Source: Parcubacteria group bacterium M6-OD1-1
Lineage (GTDB): Bacteria > Patescibacteriota > Minisyncoccia > GWC2-36-17 > M10-OD1-4
Direction of reading: 5' to 3'
Length of the DNA: 64,000 bases
Assembly (NCBI GenBank): GCA_003056085.1
Contig: LSNK01000002.1
Span: forward strand, 110,575-174,574
Below the pieces are notes generated by a model that made no database searches, was not told the DNA's origin, and worked only from the letters and a program-made list of their open reading frames with translations. Positions 8,435 through 18,780 of the stretch are shown piece by piece. Every line of letters starts with the position of its first letter. Position 1 is the first letter of the stretch. Made by a program: the position numbers and the translations under genes.

Positions 8435-9106
8435 TTAGAACTGTTTTTTGTTTCTTTTTAATTCCAACAGATGTATTAAAAAGCCCAGCCAAATTCCGGA
8501 AAAAATAAAACTTGCAAATACATCAGATGGCCAATGAACACCAAGATAAACTCTGGAAAAAGCTATAAGCAGCATAATTGCGACAGATATTAATATTGCA
8601 GCTGCTTTTTCAAAGTTATTTTTTGAAGATACAAATACAAAATAAGCCAAAATACCGTAAAAAGCAACTGCTATCATCGTGTGCCCTGAAGGAAAAGAAA
8701 ACCCGTTTATAACAATCAAAGCATTTTCTGAAGATGGTCTCGCTTTTGCAAACAAAAGCTTAACAAAATAGAAAATTAAAGCGGCAACGACAGACGAAGT
8801 CAAAAATCCAAATAGAAATTCATATTTTTTTCTGAAAATAAAATATAAAAATATTAAAAAAGATAAAGAAAAAATAATAATAGTATCTGCAAAATTAGTT
8901 ATATAAATCATGACTTGAGTTAAAGCATCTCCTCTCAAAGAAAAAATAGATTCTTGGATTTTGCCGTCTATTTTATCGGTTGCATCAAAGCCGAGTAAAA
9001 TATATGAAAAACCAAGCAAAACAACCAAAAACAAAAGGTATGTAAAAAATACTGAAAGAAATTTTCTATCAAAAAAATATTTAAACTCTTTTTTAAATTC
9101 AGACAT
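8435..9106 (-). CDS. PAP2 family phosphatase (undecaprenyl-diphosphatase / PgpB-like)
   Basis: PAP2 motifs KARPSSE, PSGHT and SRVYLGVHWPSD; multi-pass membrane protein. Confidence 0.7.
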   Translation of the reverse strand: MSEFKKEFKYFFDRKFLSVFFTYLLFLVVLLGFSYILLGFDATDKIDGKIQESIFSLRGDALTQVMIYITNFADTIIIFSLSFLIFLYFIFRKKYEFLFGFLTSSVVAALIFYFVKLLFAKARPSSENALIVINGFSFPSGHTMIAVAFYGILAYFVFVSSKNNFEKAAAILISVAIMLLIAFSRVYLGVHWPSDVFASFIFSGIWLGFLIHLLELKRNKKQF

Positions 9107-9126
9107 AGTTAATAAAATGCATCATT

Positions 9127-9474
9127 TTAAATTATAACGACTAAAACCAACACCAAAAGCCAAGCCAAAGACACCATTAAAGCGGCTCCTGCCATTATAT
9201 CTTTTATATATTTTATATTATCATCGTGGTGTTTTGTTATTAAATCCAAGGATTTTTCAAATGCCGTATTTATAAGCTCAACCACGAGCATCAAAACTCC
9301 TGCAAAAATGATAATAACTGACTTAATGTAGTCCAACTCAAAAAAATAAATCAAGAAAAAAGAAACAAAAACCAAACCAAGCATTATCCTAAAATTACGC
9401 TCAGAAAAAAACGCAATTTTTAAACCGTAAAATGCATTTTTAAAACTTTTGATTATTTTTTTAAAATTAAACAT
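9127..9474 (-). CDS. diacylglycerol kinase family protein (DgkA-like)
   Basis: 115 aa with three transmembrane helices; N-terminal amphipathic segment and ELINTAFE motif as in DgkA. Confidence 0.55.
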   Translation of the reverse strand: MFNFKKIIKSFKNAFYGLKIAFFSERNFRIMLGLVFVSFFLIYFFELDYIKSVIIIFAGVLMLVVELINTAFEKSLDLITKHHDDNIKYIKDIMAGAALMVSLAWLLVLVLVVII

Positions 9475-9493
9475 TTTATTTATAAAGCACAGT

Positions 9494-9919
9494 TTATTTT
9501 AAACCGGTTGAACCAAATCCATCTTCTCCTCTTTTGGTGTCAGTCAAATCTTCTGCAATTTCAATTTTAGGAGATTCAAATTTTTGAATTATCATTTGTG
9601 CTATTTTACTTTCTTTTTTAATTTCTAAAATTTCTTTTGATAAATTTGTCATAATAACTTTCAGTTCTCCTCTATATCCTGAATCTATTACTCCTCCCAT
9701 GGTTTTTACCCCTTTTTTCAAAGCAAGTCCGCTTTTGTCCCAAAACAGCGCAACATAACCGTTGGGCAGTTCCATTTTTATCCCTGTTGATACGGCTTTT
9801 ATTTCTCCTGGGGCGATACTTGCATCTTCGTTTGAATACAAGTCCATACCTGCATCACCCTCGTGCGCAAATGAAGGAATTTTTGCATCTTTTGAAATTT
9901 TCTGAAATTTTATATTCAT
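9494..9919 (-). CDS. dut: dUTP diphosphatase
   Basis: dUTPase motifs GDAGMDLY, GVIDSGYRGEL, and FGSTG at the C-terminus. Confidence 0.85.
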   Translation of the reverse strand: MNIKFQKISKDAKIPSFAHEGDAGMDLYSNEDASIAPGEIKAVSTGIKMELPNGYVALFWDKSGLALKKGVKTMGGVIDSGYRGELKVIMTNLSKEILEIKKESKIAQMIIQKFESPKIEIAEDLTDTKRGEDGFGSTGLK

Positions 9920-9936
9920 ATTATAAAAATTTTAAA

Positions 9937-10350
9937 TTAATTACCAAAAATCACTTTAACCCATTTTTTGAAATTTTCTTTTCCTGAAATTTTATTTTTA
10001 TTTTCTTCTATCTTTACCTGTCCAACGCTTTCTTTCTCATTTAATGCGTAAGGCTTATCCACCAAAACAACCACCTCTTCCCCTTCTTTTTTAAAATTTA
10101 ATTTTAACCTTGCTTCTCTCTCTATATAATCCTCATTGGTAAGTATATTTTTTGTATTTTGAAGCTCCTCTTTTTTACTTTTCAGTTCATTTATTTGACT
10201 GTTTAGTATTGAAATTTCCTTCTTTATCTGATACTTTTTATAGAAGGTCTCATAAGTATAAAAACTGAGAACAAGAAATAGAAAAATTAAAAAGACCAAA
10301 AATGCTTTGGAATTTAAAAATGGCTGATGATCTCTTTCTTTAATTCTCAT
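9937..10350 (-). CDS. septum formation initiator family protein (FtsB/DivIC-like)
   Basis: Single N-terminal transmembrane helix, coiled coil, and conserved EDYIEREARLKLN segment. Confidence 0.55.
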   Translation of the reverse strand: MRIKERDHQPFLNSKAFLVFLIFLFLVLSFYTYETFYKKYQIKKEISILNSQINELKSKKEELQNTKNILTNEDYIEREARLKLNFKKEGEEVVVLVDKPYALNEKESVGQVKIEENKNKISGKENFKKWVKVIFGN

Positions 10351-10576
10351 ACTAAATATAACTAATTTTAAAGTACTTTAATTATATGTCAAAATATAAA
10401 AAAATTATAGAACTAATGTGGAAGTCTCTTGTAATCTTAATAGTGATATCTATGGTTGGATTTACTATATTACCATTTTTATTCTAATTTATAAGTAAAA
10501 AACTTAGAATTTTAAGCGTAGTTGAAAAACTTTTAGATTTGAGCACAGATTCAAGCTAAAAAATAAAAAACGAAAA

Positions 10577-10718
10577 TAATACATAACAGAATAAATGAAA
10601 TGCATAATATTGAGTAAAGACCGAGGCAAAAGCTGTGAGAGAGATTGAGTCGTAGTAACGCTACGACGAAATGAACGAACAGTTTTTAACGAAGGCATTT
10701 GCCAATATTATGCATTTT
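10577..10718 (+). ncRNA. candidate structured ncRNA, copy B of the two-copy element; strand uncertain
   Basis: Same three-stem architecture as 3270-3412 with compensatory substitutions: outer-stem pair 6 is U-G in A and G-C in B; the inner hairpin closes with G-U in A and G-C in B. The outer stem is followed by a U-run on both strands. Confidence 0.45.
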
Positions 10719-10719
10719 A

Positions 10720-12525
10720 TTATTTTTTAAGAACTTTAAAGTACACTTCCGGCGGTATATTAACCCTCCCTGAAGCTTTCATTTTTTGCTTTCCCTTTTT
10801 CTGCTTTTCAAGAAGTTTTTTCTTTCTCGTTATATCTCCTCCATATAAATACCCCGTAACATCTTTTCTCATGGCGGAAATATCTTCTCTTGCAAGAATT
10901 TTACCTCCTACAGCAGCTTGCAAAGAAACTGAAAAAAGCTGTCTTGGAATTATATCTTTAAGCTTTGCCACCATTTTTCTTCCCGCCTCTTGAGCTTGCG
11001 ACTTCACAATTATCCTTGAAAGAGCCTCGACTTTATCACCGGCAACCAAAATATCCATTTTAACAAGCTCTGCAGACTTAAAACCTATAAGTTTATAATT
11101 TAACGACGCATAACCGGAAGTAACTGATTTTAAATCATCAAAAAAATCAACTATAATCTCAGACAAAGGAGCTTCATATAAAAGCAAAACCTTCTGTTCA
11201 GTTAAATATTGCGTATCTTTATAAACACCTCTTGCTCTATCAAGGAGTGTCATTATACCGCCCATATATTCAATTTTAGTCATTATTTCCAATTTCACAT
11301 AGGGCTCTCTGCTTTCTGATATATTTGTAGGATCAGGCATCTGACTTGGTGAATATATCAATTTCTCTTCTCCATTTCTTTGTTTAATGTTGTAAGAAAC
11401 TGATGGAGTTGTTATCAACGGCTCTATGCCGTATTCTCTTTTTAAGCGTTCCCTTAAAATATCCATATGGAGCATACCTAAAAATCCGCACCGAAAACCT
11501 CTCCCAAACGCCTCTGACTGTTCCGGTTCAAATGTCAAAGAAGCATCATTTAAACGAAGCTTTAAAAGTCCGTCCCTTAAAAGCTCATAGTCATCTGCGT
11601 CCTGTGGAAACAAGCTTGCAAAAACAACAGGGTCTGACTCTTTATAACCGGCTAAATTTTCTTCTGCCTGATTTTTCTGCAAAGTTATCGTGTCTCCGAC
11701 TCTAACCTGGTCTATTTCTTTAAGACCCGTTGCTATATATCCTATTTGTCCTGTTAAAAGCTCTTTTTTTTCAACAAGTTGCGGCTTAAAAACCCCGCAC
11801 TCCAAAATCTCAGCTTCAGATTTTTGAACCATAAATTTAATTTTGTCATGCCGCTTCAAAGACCCATCAACTATTCTTATATTTGCTATAATTCCCTTAA
11901 AAGAATCAAAAATAGAATCAAAAATGAGAGCCTTCAAAGGCGCTTCCGTGTTGCCTCTTGGCGCGGGAACCTTTTCTATAATTTTTGCTAAAAGATTTAA
12001 AACTCCCTCCCCCGTTTTTCCTGATATTTCAAATATTTCACTCTCGTCTATCTGTAAAAATTTTGAGATTTCTTTTTTCACCTCATCCGGCATTGCGTTT
12101 GGAAGGTCAATTTTGTTCACCGCCGGGATTATAACCAAATCCTGCTTTTGCGCTTGCTCCAAAACAGCCAAAGTTTGCGCCTGCATTCCTTTTGTAGCAT
12201 CAACCAAAAGTACTGCCCCCTCAACTGCGGCAAGAGACCTTGAAACTTCATAAGAAAAATCAACGTGACCGGGAGTGTCTATGAGATTTAAAATATAATC
12301 ACTTCCGTCACTGTGTTTATAGTTCATAACCACAGGTTGCATCTTTATGGTAATACCCCTTTCTCTCTCAAGGCTCATAGTGTCCAAAAGCTGTTCCTGC
12401 ATCTTTCTTTTTTCAACTGTCCCTGTTATCTCCAAAAACCTGTCAGACAAAGTAGATTTGCCATGGTCAATATGAGCTATAATACAGAAATTTCTTATTA
12501 AACTTTGTTTGTTTTCTTCATTCAT
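10720..12525 (-). CDS. lepA: translation elongation factor 4 (LepA)
   Basis: 601 aa; GTPase motifs AHIDHGKST, DTPGH and NKID, and the LepA-specific C-terminal domain. Confidence 0.9.
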   Translation of the reverse strand: MNEENKQSLIRNFCIIAHIDHGKSTLSDRFLEITGTVEKRKMQEQLLDTMSLERERGITIKMQPVVMNYKHSDGSDYILNLIDTPGHVDFSYEVSRSLAAVEGAVLLVDATKGMQAQTLAVLEQAQKQDLVIIPAVNKIDLPNAMPDEVKKEISKFLQIDESEIFEISGKTGEGVLNLLAKIIEKVPAPRGNTEAPLKALIFDSIFDSFKGIIANIRIVDGSLKRHDKIKFMVQKSEAEILECGVFKPQLVEKKELLTGQIGYIATGLKEIDQVRVGDTITLQKNQAEENLAGYKESDPVVFASLFPQDADDYELLRDGLLKLRLNDASLTFEPEQSEAFGRGFRCGFLGMLHMDILRERLKREYGIEPLITTPSVSYNIKQRNGEEKLIYSPSQMPDPTNISESREPYVKLEIMTKIEYMGGIMTLLDRARGVYKDTQYLTEQKVLLLYEAPLSEIIVDFFDDLKSVTSGYASLNYKLIGFKSAELVKMDILVAGDKVEALSRIIVKSQAQEAGRKMVAKLKDIIPRQLFSVSLQAAVGGKILAREDISAMRKDVTGYLYGGDITRKKKLLEKQKKGKQKMKASGRVNIPPEVYFKVLKK

Positions 12526-12579
12526 AATATACTTTAAATTATAGGTTGATTATACATAATTTTTTCAAAAAAGCGAACA

Positions 12580-12620
12580 AAAAAACCGAGAATAGGCTTA
12601 CTCTCGGTTTTTGTTTTATT
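12580..12620 (-). terminator. intrinsic terminator (bidirectional hairpin CCGAGA...TCTCGG flanked by A and T runs)
   Basis: Forward AAAAAAACCGAGAATAGGCTTACTCTCGGTTTTTGTTTT; it lies downstream of the 12646 gene on the minus strand. Confidence 0.5.
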
Positions 12621-12645
12621 TCGGAAATTTCACAAAAAAATAAAC

Positions 12646-13206
12646 TTAAGTTTCAAATTGTTTTTTTTGGTTAAGCAAAAAACTTATTCCGTTTATCCAT
12701 TCTCTGACTTTAGATGTACCGGGAGGAAGCGGATTACAGGATATAAAATAAGCTCCGCAGGCTAAAAATAGAAAATAAAAAAACATACAAGCAAAGAATA
12801 AAAGCGAATCAACATTTGTATTAATCGAAATACCCAAAAAATAAAATGTAAATAAAATAAGAAAGTCCAAAGACAGTCTAATTTTAGAAAGCAAAATTTT
12901 TAACGGATTGGCTAAACCTGACCGACTAAATTTTTTTGCACGCTCCTCTATTCTTTTTATGGCAAAAAATGAAGAAAAAAGAAAGGCCAAGCCCAAAAAA
13001 GAAGACATAACATTAATATTGGAATACTGCTCTTTAGGTTCAATGGAGAAATTACCAAAAATAATCGGAATTAACCAAAGAGATAAAACAGAGAAAAACA
13101 TGGACATTTTAGCCAGCCAAAAACAATCTTTCCCGGTTAATTTCTGGTGCCAACAACTGAATTTCTCAAAATTATTTGAGATGTAAGCATCAAATTTTGC
13201 AAACAT
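12646..13206 (-). CDS. hypothetical membrane protein
   Basis: 186 aa with four predicted transmembrane helices; no motif I can name. Confidence 0.35.
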   Translation of the reverse strand: MFAKFDAYISNNFEKFSCWHQKLTGKDCFWLAKMSMFFSVLSLWLIPIIFGNFSIEPKEQYSNINVMSSFLGLAFLFSSFFAIKRIEERAKKFSRSGLANPLKILLSKIRLSLDFLILFTFYFLGISINTNVDSLLFFACMFFYFLFLACGAYFISCNPLPPGTSKVREWINGISFLLNQKKQFET

Positions 13207-13282
13207 ATTTCTTGCTCCTTTTTGTTTGTAAAAGATCTAAAAACGCACTTGTAAAACATACTTTTAAATAAACACATTTTTA

Positions 13283-13332
13283 CCAAAAAATCAACACCGT
13301 AGCAAATGGTGACGACCGTCACCATTTGCTAC
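13283..13332 (-). terminator. intrinsic terminator after murJ (perfect 16 bp stem, then U-run on the minus strand)
   Basis: GTAGCAAATGGTGACG-AC-CGTCACCATTTGCTAC followed on the minus strand by GGTGTTGATTTTTTGG. Confidence 0.6.
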
Positions 13333-13354
13333 ATCATGTAATGCGTCTGGTATT

Positions 13355-15043
13355 TTATATTTTTTCAGAACCGTTAACTTGAGAAGGATAACTTTTTGAT
13401 AAAAACATTCTTTTTATAGGTAATGTAAACGCTTCCCAAAAAGCAAAAAACTCGGGAATTTTAAGAAAATACGCGCAGCCGATGTACACAAAAAGCCCAA
13501 CTAAAAATGCCGCCGCTCCTTGCAGGAATATCCCTAAAAAAGTATGCATATTTACGATGTCAGCCAAGAAATAAAGCGTCGGATAAACCGTAACACCCAT
13601 GGCAAAAACAGCTAAATTTATTCTGTTTACCGAATAAAGTATTTTATCGCTGCTGTACTCCTTGATGCTGTGGGAAAAAGAAAAATAAAGCCATAGCAAG
13701 TTAATCACACTCGCAATAGAAAATGCCAAAGGAAGCCCCAAAACAGCAATATCAGCTATGTCAGAAACCTTAAAAGCCTGCCCCAAAACAGTTCTAAATA
13801 CTCCTTCGGTTTTTAGAAGATTAACAAAGAAAAAACTGAGTCCTATATTTATAGCCAAAGATGATACATTTATGAAAACAGGTTTTTTTGAATTTCCCAT
13901 GGCAAAAAAAGCACGGGAAAATAATGGAACCAAACTTTGCGCAAAGACAGACAAAGCAAAAAGCCCTAAAGCGGCAGCTGTTAATCTTGTGTCCTCCCAA
14001 GAAAACTCTCCATAACCATAAAGAATTCTCACAATTTGCGCTCTTTCTAAAATTAAAAATACAGATATTGGAATAACTAAAAATAAAATTTGATTTACCG
14101 TAGAATAAAATTTAATCAAAAATTCTTTCATGTCTTTTTTTGCATAATTTTCCGAAAGTGATGGAAAAACAGCGGTAACAAAAGATAAAGCCACTATGCC
14201 TATAGGCACATATTGAAGATCATTTGCAAAATTAAAAATAGCTATACTTCCGGAAGCCAACGAAGAACCTATAAAAGTTATGACTATGAAATTAAGCTGA
14301 TAAGCAAGAAGACTGATTACTCTTGGCGCCGCCAAAACATACATTTTTTTAAGCCCGGGGTGAAAGACATCAAAAGAAAATTCATACTTAAAACCTAGTT
14401 TATACACAGCCGGCAACTGAACCAACAAATGCATAAAAGCCCCCAAAACAACACCATAAGCCAATCCTAAAATTCCAAATTTAGAAACCAAAAATAACGC
14501 TCCAAATATAATACCAATATTATAAAAAATAGGAGCAAGAGCAAAAGCAAAAAATCTTTTTTGAGCTTGCAGAAAATTACCCAAAATACTTGAGACCCCC
14601 AAAAGTATCGGGGACAAAAGCATTATTCTTGTCAGATCTACTGTTGCTTTGATTTTTTCCTCAGAAAAACCTCCAACCAACAAAGACATAATTTCTTCTG
14701 TAAATATGGCTAAAATAGCCGATGCCACAATAACAAAAAAAACAAAAACATTTAAAACGGTATTTGTAAGATGCAACGCCTCTTTTTTGCTTTTTTGCAG
14801 ATATTCAAAAAAAACCGGAATAAAAATAGCTCCTATGGCTCCAACTATAAAAATATTATAAATTAAGTCCGGAATTCTGAAAGCTGAAAAATATATATCT
14901 GTCGCATCCCCCGCTCCGAATTCACTTGTGAAGATACTGTTTCTTAAAATCCCTAAAATTCTGGAAATCAGCGAAAAAAAGCCAATCATTAATGCGGCTG
15001 ATATTATAAACTTGGATTCTTTATTTAGTATATTTTTTATCAA
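13355..15043 (-). CDS. murJ: lipid II flippase MurJ (MviN)
   Basis: 562 aa, about 14 transmembrane helices, N-terminus ...RILGILRNSIFTSEFGAGDATDIYFSAFRIPD typical of MurJ. Confidence 0.8.
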   Translation of the reverse strand: MIKNILNKESKFIISAALMIGFFSLISRILGILRNSIFTSEFGAGDATDIYFSAFRIPDLIYNIFIVGAIGAIFIPVFFEYLQKSKKEALHLTNTVLNVFVFFVIVASAILAIFTEEIMSLLVGGFSEEKIKATVDLTRIMLLSPILLGVSSILGNFLQAQKRFFAFALAPIFYNIGIIFGALFLVSKFGILGLAYGVVLGAFMHLLVQLPAVYKLGFKYEFSFDVFHPGLKKMYVLAAPRVISLLAYQLNFIVITFIGSSLASGSIAIFNFANDLQYVPIGIVALSFVTAVFPSLSENYAKKDMKEFLIKFYSTVNQILFLVIPISVFLILERAQIVRILYGYGEFSWEDTRLTAAALGLFALSVFAQSLVPLFSRAFFAMGNSKKPVFINVSSLAINIGLSFFFVNLLKTEGVFRTVLGQAFKVSDIADIAVLGLPLAFSIASVINLLWLYFSFSHSIKEYSSDKILYSVNRINLAVFAMGVTVYPTLYFLADIVNMHTFLGIFLQGAAAFLVGLFVYIGCAYFLKIPEFFAFWEAFTLPIKRMFLSKSYPSQVNGSEKI

Positions 15044-15088
15044 AACAATTTATTGATTTATTTTTTAGAAGAAAATTCTAAATTTTAG

Positions 15089-17395
15089 TTAATACCCCAC
15101 TCCGATACTAAAAAATTTATCAGAATCAAAGACTCCTCTAAATTTACCCCAAGATCTTTCAGGTAAGCTATAAATAAACCCCCAACCATCCGGCAAAACA
15201 ACATCAAAGCTAAGTTCACTTTTTACACCCGGCTGAGCTTGAAAAATAAAATCAAGATCATCTCCTTTTTTGTTTTTGTTTAACTTAAATGGAAGCTTGT
15301 AAGTGTAAGATACTTCAACTTCCTCGCCCGGGCTTACATATACCCAATTTCCAAAAACTGTTTTTCCAGATTCTTTAAAAATATCAGTTTTTGTTTTTTC
15401 ATCTTTTAATGAAGAATTTACAGATGCAAAAACATCTTTATCCGACTTAAACCCGGCCTTTTTATAATCTATTGGCGCTTCGTATTTTTCGTTTGTATAC
15501 CCGCTAGCATCTAAAAGCTCGGAACCCAAAGGAACATACACTCTTAAATAACTTGAATTTACCTTATTTAACCATTCATATTCTTCGCCTCCGCCATTAT
15601 GAATTCTTTTTATTTTTACAGTATTTATTATAGAGCCGTCTTCTTCAACTTTGGTTATTTTTGTAATTTTCTGATCTATAACTCTATCCGTCTTAAAACC
15701 GTTTATATTACTTGAAACAACAGCAAGATAGTCAGAATCATCACTTTTTAATACTTCCCCTCCCCAGCCTTTTTGTAAAACAAATTTTTGACGCTTTGGC
15801 TGATTTGCCCATATTAAAATATCTTTTTTATCTAAACTTGATACGAAGACATTAAAAACTTTTGTTAATTCCTCTTGGGATAAATCTGAAAATTTTTCAA
15901 AGAGTTTTGGAAGCATATCATCTAAAATCTTTTTTGGTCTGTTTATAGTTTTATCATAATTCTTTTCAATTTCATACTGCAGTGTATCAACAAAATTATC
16001 AGCATTTAAAACAACTCCGTACTCCGGCATATTTACGGACCCCACCACTCTTAAAATTCTTTCTATCACTTTTTCATTTATAGCTATGACGCCATCCGGA
16101 GTCGGCCCTCCCGCCTTTTCATAAAAAAATGCTATTTTTTTTGCAGAAGTTGGAAAATCCAAGAACCAATTTGCATCATGAGTGCTCCATGCGGTTGATA
16201 TTTTTTGAATAGGACGCGGAGGAATCGCTTTGTAAGACAACTGCCCATCTAAATTATAGATGTCATCCATAAATATATCTTTTATATAGCCAAACTCAGA
16301 ACTTAAAAGACCATACGAACCCAAAAAACCTCCCGTCGCTCTTGCTTCAGATGTATTTTGAGAAACTATAAGAAATTTCTTGGGATTATCTTCTCCTAAA
16401 AACCACAAAACAAAATCTGAATATTCAGATAAAGTATCCACTTTATTTTTTATATCGGGAAATTTATTTTTAAGCTCCCAAATGTTTTTTTGTAAATCTT
16501 CCGGAAAGTCATAAGGATCAATCTCTTTTAAACTTATCTCTGCATCTTTTAAAGCGGTTTTTGACTTTTCTATACCGGAAGTCATAGAAGCTAAATTCAC
16601 ACCAAATGAGTTATCTCCCTTGATGCCCTCTTTTTTAAAAATAGAATCACTTGATATTTTAAGGAGAGGTTCAACAGCTTCAGACAATGTCTTGCCTGCA
16701 TAAGAAAGCTGAACTCCCACATTTATTAAATTATTTGATGAGTTTACTTCAGACGAAAACGGCAACCACAAAAAAGCCCCCAAAACCGAAGCCCCTGCGC
16801 TGTTTGCCTCTTTTTGAGCCAAAGAAAACTTTTTATGAGCCTCAGAAAACTCAAATCCTGCATTTTTAAAGTCTAAATTTTTAAGATACTTTTGGGCGGA
16901 AACTATATTTTCATATGCAGAAGCGCTGTTTTTTATAATATTTCCCTTCGCCTCAACTCCTTTTTTATAAAATAAAAATAAAAGCGATGATGCTAAAATT
17001 AAAATTACAACTAAAAAAACGGCTAAAATTTTAAAATTAAATTTATTTTTAATTTCCGGTTCTTCAACCTCATAATAATCATCATCTTTAAATTCATTTT
17101 CACGTCTTTTTTCAGCCTGACGATTGGACTGCCAAGTTGATTTTTTATACACACTTTGTGATATTTTAACGGGAGCATCTCTTGTAAAAGAATTATCATA
17201 AGCTGAGACAGCTTTAAAATCACTTTCATTTTTAATATCATCTTTTACAAAAGTCGCTTTAATTTCAGATTTTGGAACGCCAAAACCCCCTGCTTTTTCT
17301 TCCTCCTCTGCTAATGTTTCAGCAGACAAAGAAGCTTCGGCAGGCGGCTTTATATCATAAAGTTTCTTTTCTATATTGCACCTTGGTGATCTCAT
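15089..17395 (-). CDS. large membrane-anchored hypothetical protein (disordered acidic N-terminus, one transmembrane helix, ~600 aa extracytoplasmic domain; possibly DUF4012-like)
   Basis: 768 aa; transmembrane helix FKILAVFLVVILILASSLLFLFY; no catalytic motif recognised. Confidence 0.4.
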   Translation of the reverse strand: MRSPRCNIEKKLYDIKPPAEASLSAETLAEEEEKAGGFGVPKSEIKATFVKDDIKNESDFKAVSAYDNSFTRDAPVKISQSVYKKSTWQSNRQAEKRRENEFKDDDYYEVEEPEIKNKFNFKILAVFLVVILILASSLLFLFYKKGVEAKGNIIKNSASAYENIVSAQKYLKNLDFKNAGFEFSEAHKKFSLAQKEANSAGASVLGAFLWLPFSSEVNSSNNLINVGVQLSYAGKTLSEAVEPLLKISSDSIFKKEGIKGDNSFGVNLASMTSGIEKSKTALKDAEISLKEIDPYDFPEDLQKNIWELKNKFPDIKNKVDTLSEYSDFVLWFLGEDNPKKFLIVSQNTSEARATGGFLGSYGLLSSEFGYIKDIFMDDIYNLDGQLSYKAIPPRPIQKISTAWSTHDANWFLDFPTSAKKIAFFYEKAGGPTPDGVIAINEKVIERILRVVGSVNMPEYGVVLNADNFVDTLQYEIEKNYDKTINRPKKILDDMLPKLFEKFSDLSQEELTKVFNVFVSSLDKKDILIWANQPKRQKFVLQKGWGGEVLKSDDSDYLAVVSSNINGFKTDRVIDQKITKITKVEEDGSIINTVKIKRIHNGGGEEYEWLNKVNSSYLRVYVPLGSELLDASGYTNEKYEAPIDYKKAGFKSDKDVFASVNSSLKDEKTKTDIFKESGKTVFGNWVYVSPGEEVEVSYTYKLPFKLNKNKKGDDLDFIFQAQPGVKSELSFDVVLPDGWGFIYSLPERSWGKFRGVFDSDKFFSIGVGY

Positions 17396-17442
17396 ATAAA
17401 TAAATTATATCATAAACTAACAAGGATTGTAATTTGAATTTT

Positions 17443-18555
17443 TTAAATTTCTTGGTATAAGTTTATGGTTTTTTGAACACAATCTGACCAACTATATTTC
17501 TTAATTATTTTTTGACCCCGTTTAACCAATTCGTCTTTTAAATTTTTATTATCTAAAATAAGATTTATCTTTTCTGCGATATCATCTGAATTTTTAGGAT
17601 CAAAATAAATCGCGGACTCTCCTAAAACTTCGGGAAGCGAACCGACATCTGAAACCGCAACAGGAGTTTCGTAGCTTAATGCTTCAAGAGGCCCAAAACC
17701 AAAACCTTCAACAAAAGAAGGTAAAACAAAAACCTCCGCATTTTTTAAAAAAAGCCCCATTTCCTCATTTTTTATAAATCCCGGTCTTATAATTTCACTG
17801 CCAAGCTCCAACTCCTGCCAAACCTCCCTCACCTCGGGATAGAACCTATCCTCCTTCCCGCCCAAAACCAAAGTTAAATCTTTTTGATATTTTCTTTTTA
17901 AAACATTAAAAGCTTTAACAAGACCAACTAAATTTTTATGATCTCTCCAAACTCCCGTATAGAAAATAAAAGGTTTTTTTATTTTGTATTTTTTAAAAAA
18001 TTCTTTATTTGAAATATAGAATTCTTTATTTTTATTTAAATTTGGAATTCCTTCATACACAACCTCTATCCTTTTTGGATCTATTTTATAATATTTTAAT
18101 ATTTCACCTTTTGTATATTCTGAAACCGCAATTATTTTTTCACTTTTAAAAATACCTCTTTTAAAAACAATCCAAAAAGCCAATCTTCTTAAAAAAGAAT
18201 TCATCTTATGACCCGGAAAATATTTGGGAGTTAGATCATGAACTGTTGTTATTCTTTTGCCGGAATAAAATATCGGCGCATTAAAACTTGGAAAATGCAT
18301 CAAATCTAATTTTTGCCTTAGAATATTAAAAAGAAATTTAGTCTGCTCGGAAAAAGAATACCATCTGCTGTTTGCCAAAACCTTTTTGAAATTTTCCGCC
18401 GGCAATTTGAACTCTAAAAACTGCTCTTTTCTTAAAAACAAAACATATTGATTGCTTTTATCAATTTTTGCAATATTTTCTATTAAGTTTTTTATATAAA
18501 GCCCTATACCGGTTTGCTTTTCACCAAGCATACGAGCATCTATTCCTATCTTCAT
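17443..18555 (-). CDS. glycosyltransferase family 4
   Basis: GT-B C-terminal motif EGFGFGPLEALSYETPVAVSDVGSLPEV. Confidence 0.75.
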   Translation of the reverse strand: MKIGIDARMLGEKQTGIGLYIKNLIENIAKIDKSNQYVLFLRKEQFLEFKLPAENFKKVLANSRWYSFSEQTKFLFNILRQKLDLMHFPSFNAPIFYSGKRITTVHDLTPKYFPGHKMNSFLRRLAFWIVFKRGIFKSEKIIAVSEYTKGEILKYYKIDPKRIEVVYEGIPNLNKNKEFYISNKEFFKKYKIKKPFIFYTGVWRDHKNLVGLVKAFNVLKRKYQKDLTLVLGGKEDRFYPEVREVWQELELGSEIIRPGFIKNEEMGLFLKNAEVFVLPSFVEGFGFGPLEALSYETPVAVSDVGSLPEVLGESAIYFDPKNSDDIAEKINLILDNKNLKDELVKRGQKIIKKYSWSDCVQKTINLYQEI

Positions 18556-18780
18556 AAAAATATCTTTAGATATAAAATTTATACATTTATAATGTGTTTT
18601 ACACCACTAATGTGGTTGACACTGTGGATAACTATATGTTATATTTACCAATAGAAGCATGCAATAATAGCTTACGAGATGCTGTGATGTTCCCTCAAAG
18701 CATTTGAGACTTAAGTTGCAGGCAACCATCTTGCAAGACGCTGCTTCTATTAAAAAAAGTGAGTTTTTTGCTCGCTTTTT

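Noticed and set aside
10504-10698. 64 aa minus-strand ORF overlapping copy B of the two-copy structured element
   Set aside because: The otherwise 90 percent identical copy A has no equivalent ORF, and the substitutions between copies follow base-pairing rather than codon logic.
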